A DNA stretch of 64,000 bases from Octopus vulgaris (Eukaryota): the NCBI GenBank assembly GCA_951406725.2, contig OX597821.1:97898001-97962000 (forward strand), written 5' to 3'. Shown one piece after another: positions 12,937 to 28,814 of the stretch. Below the pieces are notes generated by a model. That model was not told the DNA's origin. It made no database searches and worked only from the letters and a program-made list of their open reading frames with translations. A program made the position numbers and the translations under genes. Position 1 is the stretch's first letter. Each line of letters begins with the position of its first letter.

Positions 12937-13080
12937 GATAGTCAAATTCTGCTGGGGTTGACTTTGCATTTTATCCTTTTGGGGGTTGATAAAATAAGTA
13001 CCAGTTGAACACTGGGGTTGATATAACTGACTAGTCCCCTCCCCCAATAAATTCCAGGCCTTGTGCCTTTAGTAGAAAGA

Positions 13081-13129
<49 letters not shown>

Positions 13130-13699
13130 GCTGTCACATCATTAGAAGTTATCTGTTTGGATTCACTTTTACTTTCATGTTCTGGTAATAATGTCAGAAA
13201 ATTAAGTACCTCTGCTTCCAGCGGCCTTCTCTAAATGACTATTAGTTGTAAAAAAAAAAAATTTTCTAAGGAAATATATTTTCAGTCCTAAAATAAAAAG
13301 AAGACATACAAATGGGAAGCATGTACCACCTCGATTGACCTGACCGATGAAATTGACCAATGAAATAAATTGTGAATAACATGAAAATAATAACACTTAC
13401 TTTTAACATCTGCATAATTCTTGATAATAACAATAACAATAAACCAAATTAATGTTGTATATTATGTTTTTGACTCCCTATTTATAGGAGTGACATAGTG
13501 AAAGTAAAAACCTGTTGATGGACTACTGCAACCTTTATAGTCTAATGTTTCATTTGTACAAGGGACCGATAAAACATTGTTATCTCCTGGAGAGTGTAAC
13601 ATTCACCCAACTTGTAACTCCACAGTTTACATACAGTGATGTGAGCCAGCCCAGGGGGAAGCAACACATTGAAAATACAATATGTGTGATAGCATCGAT

Positions 13700-14435
13700 T
13701 GGTTGATGCTGCTGTTTCTGTTCCGGTTGCTGTAGTGATGATGGTAGTGGTATTTAGTGGTCTTTTAATGTGGTAGTGGTGGTGGTAGTGATATTAGAGA
13801 TGATGTGTTGATGATGGCAATAGTTTTGTTGTTTATTGTGATGTGATTGCTAATAGTGGTATGGTGCTGTTGTTGTTGGTGGTGGTGGTATGGCAATACT
13901 ATGGTGGTTGTTGATAGTGTTGATGTCGCAGTGGTATTGTGGTTGTTGTTAGTGGTGTGGTGGTTGTGGAGTGGTGGTCAGGTGGCAGTGATACTGGTGA
14001 CTGTGTGGTACTGCAGTGGAGATGCTGGTGTTGTTGTGATTATTGTCAATGCAGTAGTGATGCTGGTGGTAGGGATATTGGTAGTGATGATGGTGTAGTC
14101 ACTGTGGGGGTGGTTGTGTGGCGATGGTAATATGATTCTTAATGTGGTGATGGTGGTGGTGGTGGTGGTGGTGGTGGTGGTGGTATTGATATTGTTGGAG
14201 TCAGTGGAAGCGGAAGTATTGATGTTGTTGTTTAGCCCCTGGTCATCCTTGGCTGAGCAGCGGTATGATCAAAGGCATTCCAGCTATGACCATCCTATCT
14301 TTTTGCATGTTTTTGATGACATTGGCCAAATTATCTTTTTTTTAAGATGGTTGAGTGTAAATTGAAAGAATTTGGTTTCTGTACCTTGCAGGCCAAGTGA
14401 CTCTGTTGAAGATCCCTTTTAGATTGATGTTGTTG

Positions 14436-14467
<32 letters not shown>

Positions 14468-14675
14468 GGTGGTGGTAGTGGTGGTGGTGGTGGTGGTGGT
14501 GATGATGATGGTGGTAGTGGTGGTAATGATGTTGTTGATTATGGTGTTTTTTATTTAGATATCACTGTGAATGTAGTTGTTATTGTTGTCAAGAAAAGAG
14601 ACAAAGACAAGCAGAGTGGCAGCATTGAGGATGTAGAGTAGTGGCTGCCTAGTAGTAGTAGTAGTAGTTAAGTAA

Positions 14676-14710
<35 letters not shown>

Positions 14711-14915
14711 ACTACTGCTGCTGCTGCTACTACTGCTGCTGCTACTAGTAGGTCTCACCTGCCACCATCACTGTTATTATCACCACACCCACTGCCAACA
14801 TTCTACTATCTATTGCTGCTACTACTACAGTCACCACCACATCATCATCACCACATAATACCACTACCACAACTATCACTGCTAAAAACCACCATCACCA
14901 CACAACACAGCAACC
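13700..14915. repeat. Degenerate (GTG/GTA/GAT)n low-complexity tract, switching to (CAC/TAC/CTG)n
   Basis: Direct inspection. Confidence 0.85.
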
Positions 14916-15072
14916 TTCATAAACGAAGGATGAACTAACGAGAGGATTCAAACATATACGTGCACGCACACTCTCACATGTGCACACAGATACACATGCA
15001 CACAAACACGTGTGCATGCAGATACACGTGCACACAAATGTATTCACACACACGCATACATACATGCATGTG

Positions 15073-15117
<45 letters not shown>

Positions 15118-15609
15118 ATATTCATGTACACATATCTACACAAAGACATGGACTATGATTAAAGGCAGAATAGCAGCCAATTTGGCCTGGCCAGTCATTG
15201 CAGGCCTATACATGTATACACACATACACCCACTCATTCTTGTATACACACCTACTTATATGCACATAGTTTAAACATATACAAACATGAGGGAGCTTCT
15301 ATGTGACAACATACCTTGACCTGTTAGAAATAACAAACAAATCTCCTATCAATCACATTCCTGAACAACTTGAAAAAGGAAAGGCTACGTTAGATAATAT
15401 CATGCTATACGCAGTCTATGAAATATAATGGGTGATGGTCAGTTTCCTCAATCATATCCTTAAAATCCTTTAAAATGTTTTAGCCCGAAGGCCGCGGCCA
15501 TGCTGGGGCATCACCGCATAGTTAACTTTTTTTTAAACAAAAGGGAATACTTTAATCTTTTGGTGTTGAATAAGGTGTTGTTCCTGTTGTTTCCACAGGC
15601 AAACAAGAA

Positions 15610-15638
15610 ACACACACACACACACACACACACATGTG

Positions 15639-15680
<42 letters not shown>

Positions 15681-15735
15681 CACACACACACACACACACA
15701 TGCACACACATACACACACACATACACACACACAT

Positions 15736-15829
<94 letters not shown>

Positions 15830-15830
15830 A
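15610..15830. repeat. (CA)n microsatellite
   Basis: Direct inspection. Confidence 0.95.
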
Positions 15831-15914
15831 ATAGATCAAACAGTAGGTTTCATTAAAATGTTGGGTTTGGATTTTTTTTATTACAGGGATTATAATTATT
15901 GTTATTTTTATTAA

Positions 15915-16125
15915 AGCAGCAAGTTGGCAGAATCCTTAGAATACCAGACATAATATTTAGCAGAATTTCATAAGTCTTCATACTCTAAGTTCAAATTCTG
16001 CCAAGGTTGACTTTGCATGTCATCCATTCAGGGTTGATAAAATAAGTTCCAATTAAGTTCTGGGGGTCGAGGTAATCAACTTACCCACTTCCCCAAAAGT
16101 GCTAGCCTTGTGCCAAAATTTGAAA
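15915..16125 (+). mobile_element. SINE family B followed by long (TTA)n
   Basis: Family match; further copies at 12940-13080, 18586-18770, 18795-18950, 20086-20312, 20676-20882, 43165-43385, 45371-45582(-). Confidence 0.8.
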
Positions 16126-16140
16126 TCATTATTATTATTA

Positions 16141-16207
<67 letters not shown>

Positions 16208-16217
16208 TCGTTTATTA

Positions 16218-16304
<87 letters not shown>

Positions 16305-16308
<4 letters not shown>

Positions 16309-16672
16309 TCGTTTAACGTCCGCTTTCCATGCTAGCATGGGTTGGACGGTTCAACTGGGGTCTGGGGAGCCCGAAGGCTGCACCAGGCCAGTCAGATCTG
16401 GCAGTGTTTCTACAGCTGGATGCCCTTCCTAACGCCAACCACTCCGAGAGTGTAGTGGGTGATTTTATGTGCCACCGATACAGGTGCCAGACGAGGCTGG
16501 CGAACGGCCATGATCGGATGGTGGTTGTTACGTGCCCACAGCACGGAGGCCAGTCGATGCAGTACTGGCTACGGCCACATTCGGATGGTTTTCTTATGTG
16601 CCACCGGCACTGGTACCACAAAGATACAAATTCCATTGATGTTCATCTATTTTGATTTGGTTTGATTTGATT
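16305..16672 (-). mobile_element. RTE 3' UTR fragment
   Basis: Family match. Confidence 0.85.
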
Positions 16673-16700
16673 TTATATTATTATTATTATTATTATTATT

Positions 16701-18501
<1,801 letters not shown>

Positions 18502-18508
18502 GTTATTA

Positions 18509-18587
<79 letters not shown>

Positions 18588-18948
18588 GGTGGCGAGCTAG
18601 CAGAATTGTCAGTGAAATGCTTAATGGTATTTCACCCGTCGTTATGTTCAGAGTTCAAATTCCACCAAGGATGACTTTGCCTTTCATCCTTTTAGGGTCA
18701 ATAAATGAAGTAATTGACTATCTCTCTCCCCCAAATTTCAGGCCTTGTGCCTATAATAGAAAGGATTATCATTATGATGATGATGATGATGATGATGAGC
18801 CAGCAGAAACATTAGCATGCCAGACAAAATGCTTAGGAGTATTTTGTCCCTCACCACATCTTGAGTTGAACACAGAGGGTGGGGTGGGTAATTGACTGCC
18901 CCCCCCACCTCCTCCAAAATACCAAGTCTTGTGCCTAAGTTAGAAAGA

Positions 18949-19008
<60 letters not shown>

Positions 19009-19514
19009 GAGTGAGAGAGTAATGCATGCCATCAAAGTGTCACTGGGGTAAAATAGATGAAGCCCAGTATACCCACCAAGACTACCCTTCTGATGAGGGT
19101 CGACCAGGCACATGTGTCACAACCATATGTGCACAACATGGTAATCTCATATCAAGATTAACGGTGCATGATCTGGCAGGTGGGGCCCAGTTAGAATTTT
19201 ATTCAGGTCAAGTAGCCCATCCCACTCAAAAGGTCTTTGAATAAGGGTCGTTTAAGGATGTTGAATGAAACACCCATGTTTCCATAGATGAATTGTCTAA
19301 ACCCCAAAGACTACCTCTCAACACATGACTATGATACTCCCCTGCTATTTCTGCTTGTGATCAGCTACTAAGGGTTAAGGTCAAACAACTGACAAGCAAA
19401 TCTGTGAAACTGAGCAGAATATTTGTTGCAGTCCATCTTTTATACTAAGACAAAACAATGTACATAAACACTTCCAATCAGCTAAGCTAAGAAACCATGA
19501 GAGCCACTGCCTGG
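19009..19514 (-). mobile_element. Fourth, more diverged copy of the ~555-bp (TAA)n-inserted element
   Basis: Colinear with 17806-18362. Confidence 0.85.
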
Positions 19515-19539
19515 TTATTATTATTATTATTATTATTAT

Positions 19540-19935
<396 letters not shown>

Positions 19936-19944
19936 TAGCAATCA

Positions 19945-19995
<51 letters not shown>

Positions 19996-19998
19996 TGT

Positions 19999-20047
<49 letters not shown>

Positions 20048-20310
20048 ACTACTACTACTACTATCATTATTATTATTATTATTAATGTGGTGAGCTGGCA
20101 GAATTGTTAACACACCAAATGAAATGCTTAGCGACATTTCATCCATCTTTACATTCTGAGTTCAAATTTCACCAAGGTTGACTTTGCCTTTCAGGTTCAA
20201 TAAATTAAGAACCAGTGAAACACTGGAGTTGATGTAATCAACTAGTCCCCTCCACCAAATTTCTTACCCCCACCCCATAAATTTCAGGCCTTGTACTTAT
20301 AGTAGAAAGG

Positions 20311-20352
<42 letters not shown>

Positions 20353-20354
20353 GT

Positions 20355-20520
20355 CTACACTCTCGGAGTGGTTGGCGTTAGGGAGGGCATCCAGCCGTAG
20401 AAACACTGCCAGATCAGACTGGGCCTGACGCAGCCTTCTGGCTTCCCAGACCCCAGTTGAACCGTCCAACCCATGCTAGCATGGAAAACGGACGTTAAAC
20501 GATGATGATGATGATGATGA
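20355..20520 (+). mobile_element. RTE 3' tail fragment
   Basis: Family match. Confidence 0.85.
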
Positions 20521-20620
20521 TGATTATTATTATTATTATTATTATGATGATGACGATGATGACGACGACAATGATGACGACGACGACCATCATCATCATC
20601 ATCATCATCATCATTTTTAC

Positions 20621-20669
<49 letters not shown>

Positions 20670-21324
20670 ATCAAGACTGCAAGCTAACAGAATCTTTAGT
20701 GTGTTAGACAAAATGCTTATCACCATTTTTTCAAGCTCTTTACTATCTAAGTTCAAATTCTACCTCAGCTGACTTTTATTTTCACCCTTTTGGGGTTGAT
20801 ACCACTCAAGAACTGGGGTCAAAGTAATTGATGTTGCTCCTTCCCTCAAAATTTCAAGCCTTATGTTAATATTAGAAAGAACTATTATTATCTTCCATCT
20901 TCTCTCTCTTATAAAATATATATATATGTATGTTTGTATACATGCTCAAAAGAATATCTTCATTTCTGTCATGAAACTAATTTATTGTAATCCCTTGATT
21001 TAGTTTAAATTTTTAATTGATTTTGTTACATGGCCTTTTATTCTTATTTGCTTTTATTCCCCACCAAATCAAAGACTACAGAAATTTAATAACATTCTCC
21101 AAGGGTTTTCATATTCATATAATAAATTTTTCCTTAATTAATCCTTTTCCTACTACAGACCCTATAACTTATTCTATTCAAACTTAGCTTTTTGTTTTAA
21201 AATTTATAGATATAAACATAAATGTAGAAATATTAATAGTCATTTTTATTGAAACCTAAATATAAGTTACCTCCCTTATCAACCAATCGCTAATCATTCG
21301 TTTTCGATTCAAATCCGTGATTAT

Positions 21325-21712
21325 AATAATAATAATGAAATTATTGTATACAGTGCTCAGGTGCACCACAACTTGTCAGAAAGTGCATATAGAGTATATG
21401 CAGTAATGTACAAATGTCTGGAAAGTGAACAATGCATGAGTCAGATACATGCTTGTGTGTGTATGGAGGGGAGAAAATCAGGTGTAGTGTTGGCGAATCT
21501 CAGGAAGCATGGAAGTTTTAAAGGATGCAGTGCTCCAACAACTAACAACTGATGCCGGCAGTTTGTTCCATGCTTCAGCAACTCTCAGCGTGAAAAAATG
21601 TTTCCTAAAGTCATGGGAGTTGTGCTGTTTTCTGACTTTGTAAATATGTCCACGGGTGTTAGATGGGTGGAGTTTGAAAAGGTGCTCAGAGTTATTGTTT
21701 GTACGATGGTTA
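21325..21712 (-). mobile_element. CR1-clade LINE 3' fragment
   Basis: Minus strand EHLFKLHPSNTRGHIYKVRKQHNSHDFRKHFFTLRVAEAWNKLPASVV, the typical CR1 ORF2 C-terminus (TRGH..FF..RV..WN.LP). Confidence 0.85.
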
Positions 21713-21834
21713 TACTGCTATCTTCAGACTTTATATTCATATAGAATACAAGGAGCTACATCCCCCATTGGCAACAAAAGGCCTCTTCCCCAGAGTGAAG
21801 AGCTTGTTTGCGAAGTGTGATGCTAAATATAAGT

Positions 21835-22894
21835 ACAACCAAGTCAGTAGCAGGGGAGGGTGCGCTGAAAGTGTAGCTCCTAGAATAAGAATAGCCTGGG
21901 CAAAGTTCAGAGAGCTCTTACCCCTGCTGGTGACAAAGGGCCTCTCGCTCAGAGTAAAAGGTAGACTGTACGACGCATGTGTATGAACAGCCATGCTACA
22001 AGGCAGTGAAACATGGGCCGTGACTGCTGAGGACGTGCGTAAGCTCACAAGAAATGAAGCCAGTATGATCCAATGGATGGATAATGTCAATGTGCATACT
22101 CGACAGAGTGTAAGTACCTTGAGAGAAAAGTTGGACCTAAGAAGCATCAGTTGTGGTGTGCAAGAGAGACGACTGTGCTGGTATGATCATGTGGCGAGAA
22201 TGGATGAGGATAGCTGTGTGAAAAAGTGCCACACCCTAGCGGTTGAGGGAACCTGTGGAAGAGGTAGACCCAGGAAGACCTGGGATGAGGTGGTGAAGCA
22301 TGACCTTCAAACATTAGGCCTCACCGAGCAATGACTAGTGACCGGGACCTTTGGAAATATGCTGTGTGTGAGAAGACCCGGCAAGCCAATTGAGACCATA
22401 ACCCATGGCCTTTACCAGGGGTGTAGCCAGCCCACTTATGCATACCTTTCCTTCTTTGGACACAAAAGTCTGCTTGCAAAGACCTGTTAAGGCAAGTGAA
22501 ATCGAAATCAAATTCAAAATCGAACCAAATTCGACGACTGGCACCCATGCCAACCTTCCTTCATTGGACACTAAACTCTGCTTGTGAAGACCTGTTGGGG
22601 CAAGTGAAATCGAAATTGAACCAAATTTGATGACTGCCACCTGTACCGGTGGAGTACTAACAGCTCCATCTGAGCGGGATCACTGCCCATGCAGCTGTCT
22701 GGCTTCTGTGCCGGTGGCACATAAAAGCACCCACTACACTCTTGGAGTGGTTGGCGTTAGGAAGGGCATCCAGCTGTAGAAACTCTGCCAGATCAGATTG
22801 GAGCCTGGTGCAGCCATCTGGTTCACCAGACTTCAGTCAAAACGTCCAACCCATTCCAGCATGGAAAGCGGATGTTAAATGATGATGATGATGA
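21835..22894 (+). mobile_element. 5'-truncated RTE-clade LINE (RT thumb/C-terminus + 3' UTR)
   Basis: SSRGGCAESVAPRIRIAWAKFREL, MLQGSETW, RRLCWYDHVARM, GRGRPRKTW; (GAT)n tail. Confidence 0.9.
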
Positions 22895-22908
22895 TTATAT
22901 ATATATAT

Positions 22909-22978
22909 AAACTTAGATAAACTTAGATATGTTTCGACCAGAGATTGGTCCAGGCCATGTCTAACTTAATAGCACCAC
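22909..22978 (-). repeat. Short retroelement 3'-tail fragment with (TCTAAGTTTA)n tail; second copy 51357-51427(+)
   Basis: One mismatch between the two copies over the shared core. Confidence 0.75.
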
Positions 22979-23429
22979 CTGATAGGATTATTTGAATCCT
23001 GTTTAATATATATATATAATTAAATAAAGGATATAAAACCTTCTTAAAGGGATGTCAGCATCCAAACACCTCAGTTTTATGCAGTGTATCAGTGAAAAAC
23101 CAAAGATGTTAGCTTTGCATTGATGGATATGGGTATATCATTGTTCATGTATGAGAAAAAGAAGACAGAGAAATTGAGACATAGACATCACTTTATAAGA
23201 ACTTATTTGATTCCAAACAAAAACAAACACTTAGCACCTACAGTTGCTTCCAAAAAAGTATATTACATATACGCAACTATATTTTTAATTAAAAGATAAT
23301 AATTATAATTTATTATTCAACTATGATTACTATAGATTGCAAGTGAGTGACTTATGATAAATTTCTTAAGTAATTACATACTTTACTGACATTTCAATCT
23401 ATCATAAGTTTAAATATAAATGAAGAATA

Positions 23430-23835
23430 TCAATGGAAACTGCAGTTGTGATCCCTGTGCCGGTGGCACGTAAAAAGCACCATCTGAATGTGGCCGATGC
23501 CAGTGTTGCCTAGACTGGCTTCCATGCTGGTGGCACGTAAAAAGCACCATCCGAATCGTGGCTGATGCCAGTACCGCCTTGACTGGCTTCTGTGCCAGTG
23601 GCACGTAAAATGCACCAATCCGATCATGGCCATTGCCAGCCTTGCCTGGCACCTGTGCAGGTGGCACGTAAAAAGCACCCACGGAGTGGTTGGCATTAGG
23701 AAGGGCATCAAGCTGTAGAAACACTGCCAGATCACACTGGAGACTGGTGCAGCCTTCTGGCTTCCCAGATCCCCGGTCGAACCATCCAACCCATGCTAGC
23801 ATGGAGAACGGACGTTAAACAATGATGATGATGAA
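23430..23835 (+). mobile_element. RTE 3' UTR fragment with ~67-bp internal repeats
   Basis: Family match; similar at 28105-28437, 30410-30820, 31612-31758, 45653-45890, 52245-52450. Confidence 0.85.
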
Positions 23836-24341
23836 GAATAATGTTTTTAGTTTCTAGTATAGTAATCATATCGAAATATCATTTAAGCAAACTAACAGCT
23901 ATTTTTGTTTTTCAACACATTATGTATCCACATGCACAAATGCATGAGACAAATTTGCATATACATATACGTATGTAATGGTTTTCTTAAATACATTGGA
24001 TGCAAAAACGCACATATCTGAGTCTATCAAGGGTCTACCAACACATTGGAATGTCGCTCTTTTCTATCAAATTCTTCCCCTGATGAAATGTTCAATTAGC
24101 TAAATTAAATAGGAAACTTTCATTTAATTTAATCTATTTTAATTTCTCAAATTGAATTAATTGGGCATGGAAATAATTGTAGATGCTAAAAGTTTATTTA
24201 TGTTTGGAATTAAATATGTTCTGATAAACTGATGTCTATATCGCAATTTCTCCATTTTCTTTTTCTCGCCATGATAGACCATTAGCTCCTACATGCATTT
24301 TTTTTCTCTCCTAGTTTCTCTCCCTGTTTCTTTTCTGTGTA

Positions 24342-24379
24342 TCTTTCTGTCGAAGAGCGTAGGCTCGAAACATAAAAGA
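24342..24379 (+). ncRNA. Minimal hammerhead-like motif (Penelope pLTR type), core altered
   Basis: tcttt CTGTCGA a gagc gtag gctc GAAA ca TA aaaga; stems I and II intact. Confidence 0.55.
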
Positions 24380-24499
24380 CTTGTTCTATTTCTATTCCTG
24401 AGCACCATACTAATACATTTGTTTGTTTGTACTCCACCTGCCTTCGTCTTTTGTTTATTTTCGTAAACCTTCCCGTAATATATATATATATATATATAT

Positions 24500-24578
<79 letters not shown>

Positions 24579-24589
24579 CACACACACAC

Positions 24590-24945
24590 ATTGCGTAAGA
24601 ACAGGCATGCCTGTGTGTTTAAGAAGCTCACTTTGCAAACATGTGGTTTCAGATTCAGTCCCTCTGTATTGCCCCTTAGGTAAGTGTCTTCTACTAAAAT
24701 CCTGGGCCAACCAATTCCTTGTGAGTGTATTTGGTAGGTAGAAACTGTGTAGAAGCCTATCATATATTTATGTGTGTTTGTTCCTTCCCTCGTAGCTTGA
24801 CAACTGGTGCCAATTTGTTTGCATCCCTGTGACTTAATGATTCAGTAATAGAGACTGATTGAATAAGTATCAAACTTAAAATATAAGTACTAGGGTCAAT
24901 TTTTTGACAAAAATCCTCCAAGATGGTGCCCCAACAAGGCTGCAT
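24590..24945 (+). mobile_element. Older CORE-type SINE family A copy
   Basis: Diverged but colinear with family A. Confidence 0.75.
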
Positions 24946-25994
24946 TTTAAAAAGCTCCACTGCATCCAGTGACCAAATCTTGTTGGGGAAATATCCAAGC
25001 CTCCACAAGGCCACAGTTCAAAAGTCTCTCTGCATCCAGTGTTCAAATCTTAATATCTAAGGAAAACCTTGGATATTAAAAAGAAAATTATCTTTTAACT
25101 GACTCTGTTTCCAGGTCTGTTTTAACCAGAAACAACTGTGCCTGCAAAGGATGAAGGGCAAACTGCATCTCCAAGTCATCTTGACCCAACATAAGACTCC
25201 TGGATTTAGCAGTAGCTACCTAAGGTCAAAAAGTGGCTGCTGCATAACAAGAGAAATTTGTTAAAAGTTATGAGACAGCACTAGCAAAAAAGAAGCTGCT
25301 GCCTTGTAAACTGGATTATGGATAGCAAAGAGTAAGAGACTGTAAGAGGACTATTTCCCTTTGGTGGAACTGTTATTCATCTATGCGTGATTTGGTTAGT
25401 GTAGCCAACCACTTTACCTCACGCATAGATACTGTTGTGATGAGAGTTACAATGCTCCCTTGCTAGAGATAGACTGGTTCGCGTAAAGTATAAATAGTAA
25501 CAATGCAAGTAAGTTCAAAAGTTCAGAGTTCATTAAGCAAGCCTTAACTTGGATTAATATCTCCTCAGTTCTGGAACCAGTGAAGCTATCCAGAAGTGAT
25601 GAGAAGAGACCAGAGGATCTCACTCTCTGTCCCTGGAGAAGAGGTAGGTGCCTCATCTGGGACACCACAGTCTCTGATTCTTTTTTTCCCTCCAACAGTC
25701 CGCAGTGAAGTCGGTTTCACAAGGAATATTGATTGGCGGTTCATGAAGAGACTTCTTAGTTCATTACTTTGTTTTTACTGTTGCCTGGTTATCATATTTA
25801 CTGTACATAACAAGCTATGATACAACATCTGGTGATAAGGGTTTCGAAGCTCACATAGGACTTGTAACAATTTGTTTGTGATACAACTTGTTAAATAATA
25901 AAAGACCTATTAGCTTCCATAGAACAGTTGCAAAAGCAACAGGAGTTGCAGAAGCAACTATTACAGCAACAACAACAATTATTGGAACTACATA

Positions 25995-26159
25995 GGCGCA
26001 GGAGTGGCTGTGTGGTAAGTAGATTGTTTACCAGCCACATGGTTCCGGGTTCAGTCCCACTGCGTGGCACCTTGGGCAAGTGTCTTCTACTATAGCCTCG
26101 GGCCGACCAAAGCCTTGTGAGTGGATTTGGTAGACAGAAACTGAAAGAAGCCCATCGTA

Positions 26160-26238
<79 letters not shown>

Positions 26239-26457
26239 GTGTGTGTTTGTGTGTCTGTGTTTGTCCCCCTAGCATTGCTTGACAACCGATGCTGGAGTGT
26301 TTATGTCCCCGTCACTTAGCGGTTCTGCAAAAGAGACCGATAGAATAAGTACTGGGCTTACAAAGAATAAGTCCCGGGGTTGAGTTGCTCGATTAAAGGC
26401 AGTGCTCCAGCATGGCCGCAGTCAAATGACTGAAACAAGTAAAAGAGAGTAAAGAGT
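25995..26457 (+). mobile_element. CORE-type SINE family A nested in the Gypsy element
   Basis: Family match. Confidence 0.9.
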
Positions 26458-26459
26458 AT

Positions 26460-27240
26460 ATTCACAGAAGTCCAAAAATGAATTCAGTTATAAAGTAGCC
26501 AGAGGTATGCAGATGTAATAAACCCACAGCAAGGACAGCAATAAAGTTCCTACTTGAGTTATTTGCTCAATATGGTGTTCCAAACACATTAGTTTCAGAT
26601 AATGGAACACAATTCACTGGATATGAATTAAGAAATTTCTGCATAGTACATGCCATAAGGCACATCATTACCCTGCCCTACTATCTGAAGTCAAACGTGC
26701 TGGCAGAAAGATTTGTTGATGCATCCAAAAGAGCTCTAAGAAAAGCTAGGAACTAGCTAGATAATGATGAGGCACTAACAAAATTTTTGAGAGTTTATAG
26801 AATAACGCCAAATCCAAATGCTAATTTAGGAAAGTCACCAGCAGAGTTAATGTTCATGTGTAAAATAAAATTGATCTTTGATAAATAATTGCCAGGAAAA
26901 AATACATATAAAGGAAAGACAAAAAATACATTTGAAGGAAGTGCAAAAAATATTACAAAACATTTCAAAGTAGGAGATAAAGTTCATTTTAAAAATTACA
27001 AAAATGGTAAAGAAGGTTGGGAGGATGGCTGTGCAATCAAAAGATTAAATAACATGAGGTATTTAATTATAGGACAACATTAGGAACATAAGAGACACCT
27101 CAACCAGTAAAGATAAGACATACAGAAGAACGAAGGGTAATACCAATGGAAGTCTGCTATGATATGTTTGAAGTGCCAGCACCAACAGATATTGAACCCC
27201 ATAGAACTAGCTTTAGAAGATGAAACAGACTGAATATCTA
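26460..27240 (+). pseudogene. Gypsy integrase core remnant
   Basis: LFAQYGVPNTLVSDNGTQFTG..SNVLAERFV..KRAL..FLRVYRITPNP..KSPAELMF; stops and frameshifts. Confidence 0.9.
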
Positions 27241-28814
27241 AAAGTAATACCTAAATGAAAAAGATACTAAATTAAACAAAAAAATATGAAAAACAAGAGG
27301 CTTAACAATGAAAAGAAAAAGCGATGTGTGCAACAAACAATACTACTTTAAAAGTCAGGTAACAATTAAGATGCAACAGCTAAAAAAAAAACAAGGAGAG
27401 ATGCTGGAAAGAAAAAAGAAAAATAAAAGAAATTCCACTTTCTCACAATAGTTGAAATCTCAAAAGGGGAGATGTGATGAGAGTTATAATGCCCCCTTGC
27501 AAGAGATAGACTGATCCAAGTAAAGTATAAATAGCAACAATCCAAGTTCAGAGTTTGGGGTCAAGCAAAGTTCGTATTAGTTTGCAGTGAAGTCAGAAGG
27601 TGTCAATTGGTTAGTTCACAAGGAATTTTGATTGTTGGTTCGTAAAGAGATTTCTTAGTTCATTACTTTGCTTTTACTCTTGTCTGGTTATCTTATTTAT
27701 TGTATGTAACAAATTGCATTACAACAGATACACACTGCTGCCTGTCATGAGGCATGGGAAAGTTTTTCATCAGTTCCAGTCAGGCCTCCAGTAGAGTAAC
27801 ACATATTGTCATATTTCTGTCTGAACTCAACACCATGTGGAAAATATTTAATGGACAAACATTCTATAACTTAATAACTGATTATGAGGCTTTAAGTATT
27901 TGCCATGTTCCATATTTTTACATTATGAAGTAACTATAAGTGTTATATTTCTGCATACACCTTTTTTGGATCTGTAATCTATGACAGGGATCTTAAGCAT
28001 ATCTACTATTCACGTAGGACACTGTTATGCCCTATCCCTGAATGCTGGCAAACAAGTTTCGAATTAATTCTATCACCAATTCCTCTACCAATAAATTATT
28101 ATTGTTGTGCCGGTGGCATGTAAAAAGCACCATCCGAATCGTGGCCGATGCCAGTGCCGCCTCGACTGGCTTCCGTGCTGGTGGCACGTAAAATGCACCA
28201 ATCCGACCGTGGCCATTGCCAGCCTTGCCTGGCACTTGTGCAGGTGGCACGTAAAAAGCACCCACTACACACTCGGAGTGGTTGGCGTTAGGAAGGGCAT
28301 CCAGCTGTAGAAACACTGCCAGATCAGACTGGAGCCTGGTGCAGCCTTCTGGCTTCCTAGATCCCCGGTCAAACCGTCCAACCCATGCTAGCATGGAGAA
28401 CGGACGTTAAACGATGATGATGATGATGATGATGATGTTCTATTAAGCTTTCTGAACATTGTCTATTATTCACATCCACATGGAATTATAATCATTGCAT
28501 TACAAGGTATTCTTTTACTGCTATTTATAAAACCTCAGATGTTATTTTAGTGCCTATGCACTAAAAGATTAACCTTAAAAGAAAAGTGCTGCTAAAGGAG
28601 TTGTGCTGTTTGTAGACTATCTCCAAATTGACTAAATAACAATGACAAGATGAATATAGCTGACGAGAGGAGTGTATGAGAAAGTTTAAAGAACAGAAAA
28701 GTACATGAAATATTTTTATTTTAAAATCTAAAAAAAAAAAAGAGAACATTTAATTCCTGATTCCTAACATAAGATTGGATATATAAATTTGATAATTAGA
28801 GCAGAATAATTATA

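Larger units (their letters stand above)
25433..27726 (+). mobile_element. Internally deleted Ty3/Gypsy LTR retrotransposon with both LTRs
   Basis: 5' LTR 25433-25827 (TGTTGT...ACAACA), PBS-like tggtgataagg at 25830, PPT aaaaggggaga, 3' LTR 27473-27726, 5-bp TSD GATAC (25428-25432, 27727-27731). Confidence 0.9.
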
